The position numbers and the translations under genes are program-made. From IMG/VR virus record IMGVR_UViG_3300002484_000035, positions 1 through 24,444 of that record: a stretch of DNA of 24,444 nt. One strand, given 5' to 3'. Under the pieces are notes generated by a model that was not told where the DNA came from, did not search any database, and saw nothing but the letters and a program-made list of their open reading frames with translations. Source of the DNA: a virus (taxonomy: Duplodnaviria > Caudoviricetes). This document shows positions 17,040-24,298 of this stretch, piece after piece; positions within the stretch are counted from its first letter, which is position 1; each line of letters opens with the position of its first letter.

Positions 17040-19019
17040 GTGTCGGTTGTAACAAATCGCACTTTTGAAGACAGTCTCAAGCAGCTACAGGCGGTGTTAG
17101 AGGTAGTGCCGACTCTTGTAGTTGATGTCGAAACAAATGGGTTAGATGCCTACAGAGCCAACCAAATATGTGGCATTGGTGTTGGTGAACCTAATATCAA
17201 TGGACTCACACAGTACTACCCATTTAGACATCATCTTGGAGAGAATCTTTCAAATGAAGCACTTCCAAGGCTTGTAGAACTTTTAAACCAATCCGTTCAA
17301 TCTTATATAGGATATAACTTAAAGTTTGACCTACATTTTCTAGAAAAAGAAGGATTAGATATTCTTAACAAGGAACTTATAGATGTAATTGTCATGGTTC
17401 GTCTAATTGAACACTCTGAAATAAAAGAATTAGGTTTAACACCAACAGGCAAACGAGCGTATGGTGAAGCTGCTGTTCAATACGATATAGATACAAAAAA
17501 ATTTCTTAGGTCGAATAAATGGAATAAAGACTTTTCCATGGCCCCACCAGAATTTCTGGGTAAATATTGTATTCAAGATGTAATTCTAACGGCAAGAATT
17601 TATATTGATTATTTAAAAAAAATCACTAAAACCAATCAAACTAAAGTTTTTGAATTAGAAAAGAAATTAACCAAGGTTTTATATAAAATGGAGGGGTTGG
17701 GGATACTGGTAGACAAAGCTTATGCTGTAGAAGCTAAACAGTCGTTAGAGAGAAGATTAGCTGAGGTTAAACAGGAAATTCTATCTTTATGTGGCAAACA
17801 GGAGGATGAATTCAACATATCCAGTCCAAAGCAGATAGGCGAAGTCTTTAATGGGATGGGCGTTGTGTCTCCTGTTAAGACCGGGAAAGGTAATGAGTCA
17901 TGGAATGAAGCAGCATTAATCAATATCAATCATAGAATGGCTGGATTGATTAGACAATATAGAACGCTAGGAAAATTAGTCTCAACTTATTTAGAGCCTT
18001 ATTTAGAAATTGATATTATGCATACTTCGTTCTGTAACTGGGGAACCACCACAGGTAGACTATCAAGTAGAGACCCAAACCTACAAAATATTCCTAGAAA
18101 CCATTTTAAATTAGGGGAAAGAGATTTAACTGACCAAGATAAAATAAATATTCAGGATAGTGTTTCGGCTATGGTGGCACAAAAAGGGATTACTATGACT
18201 ACTGAACTGTCTGATGATGTATTATCTACATGGTCTTTCATTGGGGACGAGTATTATGACAGTTCGGATAAAACCCAAGTGGCTATACGTCGATTGTTTA
18301 TTCCAAGACCTAACCATACTTTGGTAGGGTTTGATTATCAGCAAATGGAAGTTAGGGTATTTATGTCCTACTTTAGAAATGAAACAATAGAGGCAATTTT
18401 AAACAAAGATGATGTAGATTTTCATAGTGAAGCTGCAAAATTAGCCTTCAAAGTGGACGAAACCTCCCCAAGATTTAAAGAATTTAGACAGTATGCCAAA
18501 GCTATTACCTTTGGAACTATTTATGGGATTGGAAATAAAAAATTGGCTCAACAACTTGGAACAACTCCAAAAGAAGCAGGTAAGTTTAAGAAGCAATACT
18601 TTGAAGGTATGAAAGGCTCTAAGGATTTTTTTGATAAAGTTGTACAAAAAGTAGAATTACAAGGAATGGTTAAAAATAGGTATGGTAGACAGTATAAAAT
18701 AAACCCTCAATTTGCGTATAAGGGAGTAAATTATCTCGTACAAGGAACGAGTGCTGATATTTTGAGTGAGAGAATGTTAGTTATAGACGATTATTTGTCG
18801 GATAAGAAAAGCAAGCTGTTATTACAAGTGCATGATGAACTAATATGTGAAGTACATGACTCAGAGTTTAATACTATTCCATATAAAATACAAAGTTTAT
18901 TAGAAGAAAACAGTTTAAATGTGCCTTTAAAGGTAGATATGGAAGTGTGTTCTCCATCGTGGGCGACTAAAAAAGCTTTCAAACCTGTAACCTTTGAAGA
19001 TTTAATAGACTGGGATTGA
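17040..19019 (+). CDS. polA: Family A DNA polymerase with 3'-5' exonuclease and no 5'-3' exonuclease domain
   Basis: ExoI VDVETNG, ExoII YNLKFD, ExoIII YCIQD, TGRLSSRDPNLQNIP, motif A DYQQMEVR, motif B RQYAKAITFGTIYG, motif C QVHDEL. GTG start. Confidence 0.95.
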   Translation: MSVVTNRTFEDSLKQLQAVLEVVPTLVVDVETNGLDAYRANQICGIGVGEPNINGLTQYYPFRHHLGENLSNEALPRLVELLNQSVQSYIGYNLKFDLHFLEKEGLDILNKELIDVIVMVRLIEHSEIKELGLTPTGKRAYGEAAVQYDIDTKKFLRSNKWNKDFSMAPPEFLGKYCIQDVILTARIYIDYLKKITKTNQTKVFELEKKLTKVLYKMEGLGILVDKAYAVEAKQSLERRLAEVKQEILSLCGKQEDEFNISSPKQIGEVFNGMGVVSPVKTGKGNESWNEAALININHRMAGLIRQYRTLGKLVSTYLEPYLEIDIMHTSFCNWGTTTGRLSSRDPNLQNIPRNHFKLGERDLTDQDKINIQDSVSAMVAQKGITMTTELSDDVLSTWSFIGDEYYDSSDKTQVAIRRLFIPRPNHTLVGFDYQQMEVRVFMSYFRNETIEAILNKDDVDFHSEAAKLAFKVDETSPRFKEFRQYAKAITFGTIYGIGNKKLAQQLGTTPKEAGKFKKQYFEGMKGSKDFFDKVVQKVELQGMVKNRYGRQYKINPQFAYKGVNYLVQGTSADILSERMLVIDDYLSDKKSKLLLQVHDELICEVHDSEFNTIPYKIQSLLEENSLNVPLKVDMEVCSPSWATKKAFKPVTFEDLIDWD

Positions 19020-19044
19020 TAATGAGTGTGAAATAAGTTAGAAT
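19016..19044 (+). promoter_or_regulatory. Sigma70-type promoter TTGATA-N17-TAGAAT
   Basis: -35 at 19016-19021 and -10 at 19039-19044, each 5/6 consensus, with an exact 17-nt spacer in an intergenic gap. Confidence 0.65.
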
Positions 19045-19052
19045 ATATATAT

Positions 19053-19101
19053 GTAGAGATGTCATAAAGGCTCTTATACATGGTTTTTATGACCTCTCTG
19101 C
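19053..19101 (+). other. Long RNA hairpin in the leader downstream of the promoter
   Basis: AGAGATGTCATAAAGGC (19055-19071) pairs with GTTTTTATGACCTCTCT (19083-19099) with one mismatch and two G-U pairs. There is no U-tract after it. Confidence 0.6.
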
Positions 19102-19119
19102 TCTTGATAAGGAAAACTA

Positions 19120-19386
19120 ATGGGAAACTACAACGAAGACAAAATAATAAAAGAAATCACTGAGTATGTGGAACACACATATGCTGAACATTATAGCGAG
19201 GGTGATAGACAAACATTAGACTTCATAGATGCCTGTGGTGACGCTACAGCATTCTGCAGGAGCAACATTCTCAAGTACGCTTCCCGATATGATAGAAAAG
19301 GAACACCACGAAAAGATATACTAAAAATAATACACTATGCAATGTTGTTATTGCATTTTAGTGATAAGGAGAATAAGAATGAGTAG
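19120..19386 (+). CDS. DUF3310/SaV-like protein (T7 gp1.7 nucleotide kinase-like family)
   Basis: HYS...FCRSNILKYASRYDRKG...DILKIIHY matches the HY...F..GN..KY..R...K...DL.KA..Y family pattern. Confidence 0.7.
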   Translation: MGNYNEDKIIKEITEYVEHTYAEHYSEGDRQTLDFIDACGDATAFCRSNILKYASRYDRKGTPRKDILKIIHYAMLLLHFSDKENKNE

Positions 19387-19782
19387 CGTTGAAAGACCAA
19401 ATGAATATCAGATGACCTTTGGGGACCTTTATTACAATAGTGAACATGAGATGCTTTTAGGAGAAAAAGTAATTAAAGATTTTATACGAGGGTTTCAACA
19501 TGCAATAGTAGTAAAAGAAAAACACTTAGATTCAAATGAATGGGACGACTTAAAGGACCCCCTTTCAATAGAATGGATGGAAATAGGGCAAAAGGAGCAT
19601 GACAAAGGGACTTTTAATTGTGGTCCGTATCTACAGGGTTATTCATTTGGAGAGGTTATACTAGATAACAAAATATCAAAAGCTGATTATGATGATTATA
19701 TTGCCCAATATGAAAGCTATAAAGAAGGTTTTTGGAATAATAGACCTGACATTGATAAATTATTAGGCGATAAGGAGAATAA
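19363..19782 (+). repeat. 14-bp direct repeat GATAAGGAGAATAA flanking the 136-aa gene
   Basis: Exact copies at 19363-19376 and 19769-19782, with a partial copy GATAAGGA at 19106-19113. Confidence 0.8.
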
Positions 19783-19789
19783 CCAATGA
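19379..19789 (+). CDS. Hypothetical acidic protein (136 aa)
   Basis: Start reassigned from 19337 to the in-frame ATG at 19379, which follows SD AAGGAG (19366-19371). Confidence 0.6.
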   Translation: MSSVERPNEYQMTFGDLYYNSEHEMLLGEKVIKDFIRGFQHAIVVKEKHLDSNEWDDLKDPLSIEWMEIGQKEHDKGTFNCGPYLQGYSFGEVILDNKISKADYDDYIAQYESYKEGFWNNRPDIDKLLGDKENNQ

Positions 19790-20994
19790 AAAGAATACCT
19801 TTTACAAAGGAAATGATAGCAAGGGCTAGGGCCAGAGCTAAAGAGATGGGCTCCATAAAAAACTCTATAACAAAAGGTGGAGGAAATGTTGCAGGCTTTT
19901 TAGGAGAAGAAGCTTTTTGTGCTTATACTGGAGCTTCTGCCATAGGAAGTAAAGACCATGATGTAGTCTTAAATAACGAAAGAATTGAAGTGAAAACTAA
20001 AAGAAGGACGGTGGCTCCCGAACCAAATTATGATGTTTCAGTAGCAACCACTAGTACCCACCAGAATCCCGACAAATATGCCTTTATAAGTTTAGAGTTT
20101 GGTGAGACTATAACAAAACGAAATGGTCAGAAGGCTTATAAAGACCTAAAAAATGTATGGTATGTGGGAAGTAAAGACGCAGAAGAGTATTTTAAAGAGG
20201 CTGCTAAATGGGATAAAGGGGATGTAGATAAATCTAATGATTTTACTACATTACAAGATATGTATAATTTACCTATTTCAGAGTTAGAGGAGCTAGATAC
20301 CCCTAAACCTGAAGTAGATGAGTCTAAAGTGTATAACTTTGAGGACTCAAATGTTATTGGGGCAAAAGGGGAGGAATTGATTATACCCCTCCTTCAAAAT
20401 AAATATCCAGATAAAGCTATAAAGGATGTTAGAGATATAGGCAAATATCGAAAGAAAGACATTGATTTTCTTCTTATGAACTCAGATAATACTGTGTACA
20501 AAAGCATCGAATTGAAAACAGATACTTATTATGATGGTGAAAAAATAAGCTGGCTGGAAGCTAAGGAGAGAAAGATTCAAGCAAGCCAAAATCTGATGGT
20601 TGAAACTATTAGCCATGTTTTATATAGAACACCGGGATGTTTAGTAAAAACTGAGGCAGACCAAATTTATTACTATTATATCAACCAAGACAAAATTTAC
20701 GTTTTAGACCGTGAACCTTTTCAAAAGTGGTTCAAACAAGAGCTTCCTAAACACAAAGCAAGAACTCCGGCAACCCTTAATAAGGACAAGTCACGATATA
20801 CGTATCTAACAACAGAAGGCGGTTCAAAGGTGAGAAGAAAACTTAAAAACAGTGATAACACTTGGTGGCGAAAACCGGTGTTAAACGAAAATAAATTAAC
20901 AATAAATTATGCAGTTCCAAAAAAAGATATAGAAGGACAACCCTTTTTATTAGAAACAATTAAATTAGAGGAGAAAAAAGATGCCAAAAGTTAG
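19786..20994 (+). CDS. Protein with two tandem PD-(D/E)xK restriction-endonuclease-like domains
   Basis: Domain 1: GFLGEEA...DHD...IEVKT. Domain 2: GAKGEEL...DIDF...IELKTD...NLMVE. They are joined by an acidic/proline linker LDTPKPEVDES. Confidence 0.65.
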   Translation: MKRIPFTKEMIARARARAKEMGSIKNSITKGGGNVAGFLGEEAFCAYTGASAIGSKDHDVVLNNERIEVKTKRRTVAPEPNYDVSVATTSTHQNPDKYAFISLEFGETITKRNGQKAYKDLKNVWYVGSKDAEEYFKEAAKWDKGDVDKSNDFTTLQDMYNLPISELEELDTPKPEVDESKVYNFEDSNVIGAKGEELIIPLLQNKYPDKAIKDVRDIGKYRKKDIDFLLMNSDNTVYKSIELKTDTYYDGEKISWLEAKERKIQASQNLMVETISHVLYRTPGCLVKTEADQIYYYYINQDKIYVLDREPFQKWFKQELPKHKARTPATLNKDKSRYTYLTTEGGSKVRRKLKNSDNTWWRKPVLNENKLTINYAVPKKDIEGQPFLLETIKLEEKKDAKS

Positions 20995-21199
20995 TGCACA
21001 TTTAGGGTTTACGTTTAGAGTAGGTCCATTAGAACAAAACCAATATGGTCGAGTAGACTTATCTGTAGACCAGATAGATACAGATTTACCTCTAGAACCA
21101 CAGCTAGAAGAATCAAAAAAAGTGGCTGATGTTATATGGGAATTTATCAAAGGAAAGGTAGACACTCAAATCGAGGATATGTTAGATGACTCTAAGTAA
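20981..21199 (+). CDS. Conserved-type small phage protein of unknown function
   Basis: SD GAGGAG, 72 aa, beta-hairpin KVSAHLGFTFRVG...YGRVDLSV followed by a helix. Confidence 0.6.
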   Translation: MPKVSAHLGFTFRVGPLEQNQYGRVDLSVDQIDTDLPLEPQLEESKKVADVIWEFIKGKVDTQIEDMLDDSK

Positions 21200-21449
21200 T
21201 CCTTCTGAACCTGCCCGTGTATCTGTTTTAGAAGCTGTCTTAGCTGAAAGAGAGAGACAGGATAACATATGGGGAGCTCAGAACCACGATGATGCGTGGT
21301 GGAATATTATTACTGTCGAAAGAAATGGTGATATTGCTAGAGAAATATATGGACAAAATGAGACCAAATTATTTATAGAAATAGTTCAGACTTGTGCTAC
21401 TTACTTAGCGTGGGCTGAAGCAGTGCGTAGGAGGAATAAGAATGGATAA
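21186..21449 (+). CDS. MazG-like all-alpha NTP pyrophosphohydrolase-family protein with a degenerate acidic motif
   Basis: AERERQDNIWGAQNH...W..I..ERNGDIA...EIVQTCA...AW matches the phage MazG-like pattern ERxRQxxKWGxQ...EExGE...ELxQxAA. Confidence 0.65.
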   Translation: MTLSNPSEPARVSVLEAVLAERERQDNIWGAQNHDDAWWNIITVERNGDIAREIYGQNETKLFIEIVQTCATYLAWAEAVRRRNKNG

Positions 21450-22395
21450 AACAGCAGAAGATGCTATAGAAAAACTATTAAAAAATAAGACTTTGAGTTT
21501 TCAAAAGGGAGATAGTGATACATTTGTCAATAATAGAATTCCTTTTAACATTCCTTCGTTAGATAAACTTACTGGTGGTGGAATACCTTTCAAGAAAATG
21601 ACCCTTATATATGGACCAACCAATGTGGGTAAATCTTATTTAGCTTCACAGATAGTGGTAAATGCTCAAAAGATGGGGGGTTCTGCCGTATGGGTAGATA
21701 CAGAGCTATCTTATGATAAAGATTGGATGACTACTTGTGGGATAGATGACCAGAAGATATTGGTCTCTCAACCTACTACTGGAGAAGAAGCCATGGCCCA
21801 CATACGAGAAGCAATGGCTACGGGTATAGAGGTCATAGTCTTAGACAGTATTGCAGGGTTAATTCCAGCTGCTATTTCAGATGAAGTTGCTAAGGGGGAT
21901 TTTGCTTATAGTCCTATGGCATGGCAGGCTAGATTTGTAAATAGTTCTTTCCCCAAACTTTTCCCATACCTACAAAATGGTTCTGCTTTTGTTGCGATAA
22001 ATCAAGTACGAGCTAGTATGGGGCCAGTAGCATTAGATAATATGCCCGCAGGTCAAGGGCAAGTTTTCTTCTCTCATTCTATTCTTCAAGTACAAAGAAA
22101 GGGCTGGATAACTGAGGGAGATAAAAAGGTGGGGTTTGACATGAATGTTAGGTTACGTAAATCTAAGACCGGGGGAGAGAATTGGGATTCCGCCATCGTA
22201 CCATTTAGAGTGGGGGGTGGTATTGATGTTCTTGAAAGTTATATACGTGATGCAATCAATCAGAAGATTATAACTCAAGCTGGACCTTGGTATACCTATG
22301 GGGATATTAAAGCCATGGGATTGGGTGGTATAAAGGCCAAGTTTATAGAAGACAAAAAATTGTTTGGTAAATTGAAAGATGAACTTACCCCCTAG
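21442..22395 (+). CDS. recA: RecA/UvsX-family recombinase
   Basis: GGGIP, Walker A GPTNVGKS, WVDTE, SQPTTGEE, Walker B VLDSIAGL, QAR, INQVR and C-terminal GPWYTY. Confidence 0.92.
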   Translation: MDKTAEDAIEKLLKNKTLSFQKGDSDTFVNNRIPFNIPSLDKLTGGGIPFKKMTLIYGPTNVGKSYLASQIVVNAQKMGGSAVWVDTELSYDKDWMTTCGIDDQKILVSQPTTGEEAMAHIREAMATGIEVIVLDSIAGLIPAAISDEVAKGDFAYSPMAWQARFVNSSFPKLFPYLQNGSAFVAINQVRASMGPVALDNMPAGQGQVFFSHSILQVQRKGWITEGDKKVGFDMNVRLRKSKTGGENWDSAIVPFRVGGGIDVLESYIRDAINQKIITQAGPWYTYGDIKAMGLGGIKAKFIEDKKLFGKLKDELTP

Positions 22396-22684
22396 AGATT
22401 ATACTGACCAAGAAAATCTAATAGCTAAATGCTTAGATGAATTTGGTTTGAGGTATGAACAACAGGCGTACTATCACCCATATATATTAGATTTTTATAT
22501 TCCAGAAATAAAGATGGTAGTTGAGGCTGATGGTGTTTACGGACATTTATCAAAAAGAGATAGGAAAAGAGATAAGGATTTATTATCAATTGATGAAATT
22601 GAGTATATTGTACACATAAAAGAAAAAACATTAGGAAAAATAAAGGATACACTATGGCTGGAATTAACCAAATTAAACCCGTAA
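22379..22684 (+). CDS. DUF559/Vsr-like endonuclease
   Basis: T..E...Q...YILDFY...VVEADGVYGH....D..RD..L pattern. Confidence 0.8.
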   Translation: MNLPPRDYTDQENLIAKCLDEFGLRYEQQAYYHPYILDFYIPEIKMVVEADGVYGHLSKRDRKRDKDLLSIDEIEYIVHIKEKTLGKIKDTLWLELTKLNP

Positions 22685-23346
22685 AGAGATATTCAAAGTC
22701 TCGTAAAGCAACTAAAAAAAGCCCGGCAGACCTGTGGCTGGAAGATATGATTGATGGTTCCTTAGCAGGAACTATGGAAGCTCCGAAAGCAGGTGTGTTC
22801 TATCCATCCTCTTTAGGTAACCCCTGCGATAAATTTTTATGGTTATGTTATAACGGTTTAATGATAGACCAACCATTACCACCGAATCTCGAAAGAATTT
22901 TTCAAAATGGGAATTCTCTAGAAGATAGAGTAGAAAAATGGTTTAGTAATTTAAATATTTTACTTGACCGAGAAGTGTCGGTTAAACAAGAGACACCTCC
23001 TATATCAGGAAGGATTGACTTTCTAATAAAGCACGCTACTTATAATGAGATGCCAGTGGAACTCAAATCTATAAATACTAATGGGTTTGTTAAATTAAAA
23101 AATCCTAAACCGGAACATGCTATTCAAATACAGATTTATTTAAGCATGGGAAACTATGATATGGGTACTGTTTTATATGAAAACAAGAATGACCAGAAGA
23201 TAAAATCTTTTCTGGTAAAAAGGGATGAAAAAATTTGGAATGATATATTAGATAGATGTTTTCGTATTCAAGAGATGTTGGGCAGACCTACAGTGTGTAC
23301 TGGACCTACGTGGTGTAACTGTAGGAAAGTAGGAGATGAACTATAA
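22654..23346 (+). CDS. Cas4-like PD-(D/E)xK exonuclease (stand-alone viral type)
   Basis: PSS...C, SGRIDF, VELKS, QIQIY and three C-terminal Cys (CTGPTWCNC), consistent with a RecB/Cas4 fold with an Fe-S cluster. Confidence 0.8.
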   Translation: MAGINQIKPVKRYSKSRKATKKSPADLWLEDMIDGSLAGTMEAPKAGVFYPSSLGNPCDKFLWLCYNGLMIDQPLPPNLERIFQNGNSLEDRVEKWFSNLNILLDREVSVKQETPPISGRIDFLIKHATYNEMPVELKSINTNGFVKLKNPKPEHAIQIQIYLSMGNYDMGTVLYENKNDQKIKSFLVKRDEKIWNDILDRCFRIQEMLGRPTVCTGPTWCNCRKVGDEL

Positions 23347-23849
23347 TGCAAGAACGAGAAACAAAATGGACTCCTATGAAGGCTTTAGGTAGAGCCAGAA
23401 AAAAAGTGGACTCTCTGGGAATACCAATCTTTAGTCCTGATTTAGCCGAGAGGGAAAACCTAAACTTTTCAGAGTTAGATAAATATTCTGATAAAGAACT
23501 TGAAGGATTTTTAACTATGTATGGTGGCTATGAAGCCTTTTTAGAAACAAAGGTAGCGACAATTGAAGCTGCTTTAGGGGCTCTAGAAGCCTCATTTAAT
23601 GAGGGTTACTCGGCTTCTTTATATAAACTGACTCAAAAATATGAAGCGGCACAAAAGAAAAAACCCACAAAAGATGAGATTAGGGGGGAAATTATGTTTG
23701 AAAACGAACAACTAAAACAAGTGAAGAGAGATATTATCGAACAAGAGGCTGAATTACGTATTGTTAGAGGCCTTTTGGACACATACGACAAAGCTTATGG
23801 GACAGTAAGTAGAATTGTTACATTAAGAACCAAGGGGGCTCAAGATTAA
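23346..23849 (+). CDS. Coiled-coil protein, probable UvsY-like recombination mediator
   Basis: 167 aa, helical, KKPTKDEIRGEI...LKQVKRDI... and C-terminal VSRIVTLR. It lies in the RecA/RuvC cluster. Confidence 0.55.
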   Translation: MQERETKWTPMKALGRARKKVDSLGIPIFSPDLAERENLNFSELDKYSDKELEGFLTMYGGYEAFLETKVATIEAALGALEASFNEGYSASLYKLTQKYEAAQKKKPTKDEIRGEIMFENEQLKQVKRDIIEQEAELRIVRGLLDTYDKAYGTVSRIVTLRTKGAQD

Positions 23850-24297
23850 CTTTTTAGGGTTAGATTGTTCTAGTTTAGCTATTCATGGAGCGTTAATAGA
23901 TGACAAGGAGAGGCTGCTATCTTTAGATAAATGGGCTAGTAAGGAAAAAAGGTTTGACTTAAGATTTCCTATTATGACTAAAGAATTTTCAGAAGAATTA
24001 AGTACAATAGATATAATAGATTCTGCAGCCATTGAAGCAGCTATTTTTATACAGAATCCTAAAACTACAATTGCAATAGCTAATGTGGTAGGAGCAGTGT
24101 GGGCTTTCTTATTAAAAGAAGATATATCCACTATAATTATAGATAATAGACAATGGAAAAAAAATATTGTTGGAAAAGGCAACGCCAAAAAAACAGACAT
24201 AAAAAGATTTGCTGAAGAAAAGTGGGGAGATAAATTCCCCGAACAAGATTACGCAGACGCTGCTTGCATTGCGTTATGGAACAAAAGGAGGTTCTAG
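23845..24297 (+). CDS. ruvC: RuvC-like Holliday junction resolvase, probable ATT start
   Basis: The frame extends 5' of the tracked ATG (23974) to include FLGLDCSS (catalytic Asp), then AAIEA, WKK.IVGKGNAKK and QDYADAACIA. Confidence 0.85.
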   Translation: MNFLGLDCSSLAIHGALIDDKERLLSLDKWASKEKRFDLRFPIMTKEFSEELSTIDIIDSAAIEAAIFIQNPKTTIAIANVVGAVWAFLLKEDISTIIIDNRQWKKNIVGKGNAKKTDIKRFAEEKWGDKFPEQDYADAACIALWNKRRF

Positions 24298-24298
24298 T

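Noticed and set aside
18099-18284. Intein or intron in polA (dnaB and recA also checked)
   Set aside because: The insert is too short, lacks the C/S start and HN-C/S/T end, and the frame is uninterrupted. DnaB and RecA are of normal length.
19337-19378. Tracked start of the 150-aa ORF at 19337
   Set aside because: It overlaps the upstream gene by 50 nt without an SD. The ATG at 19379 has a strong AAGGAG.
22654-23346. CRISPR-Cas system suggested by the Cas4-like gene
   Set aside because: No repeat-spacer array or other cas genes were seen. Stand-alone Cas4-like nucleases are common in phage replication modules.
515-24200. Minus-strand ORFs in the track (e.g. 515-889, 2434-2961, 5884-6357, 9670-9978, 23883-24200)
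   Set aside because: All overlap well-supported + strand genes, show no recognisable motifs and look like antisense shadows.
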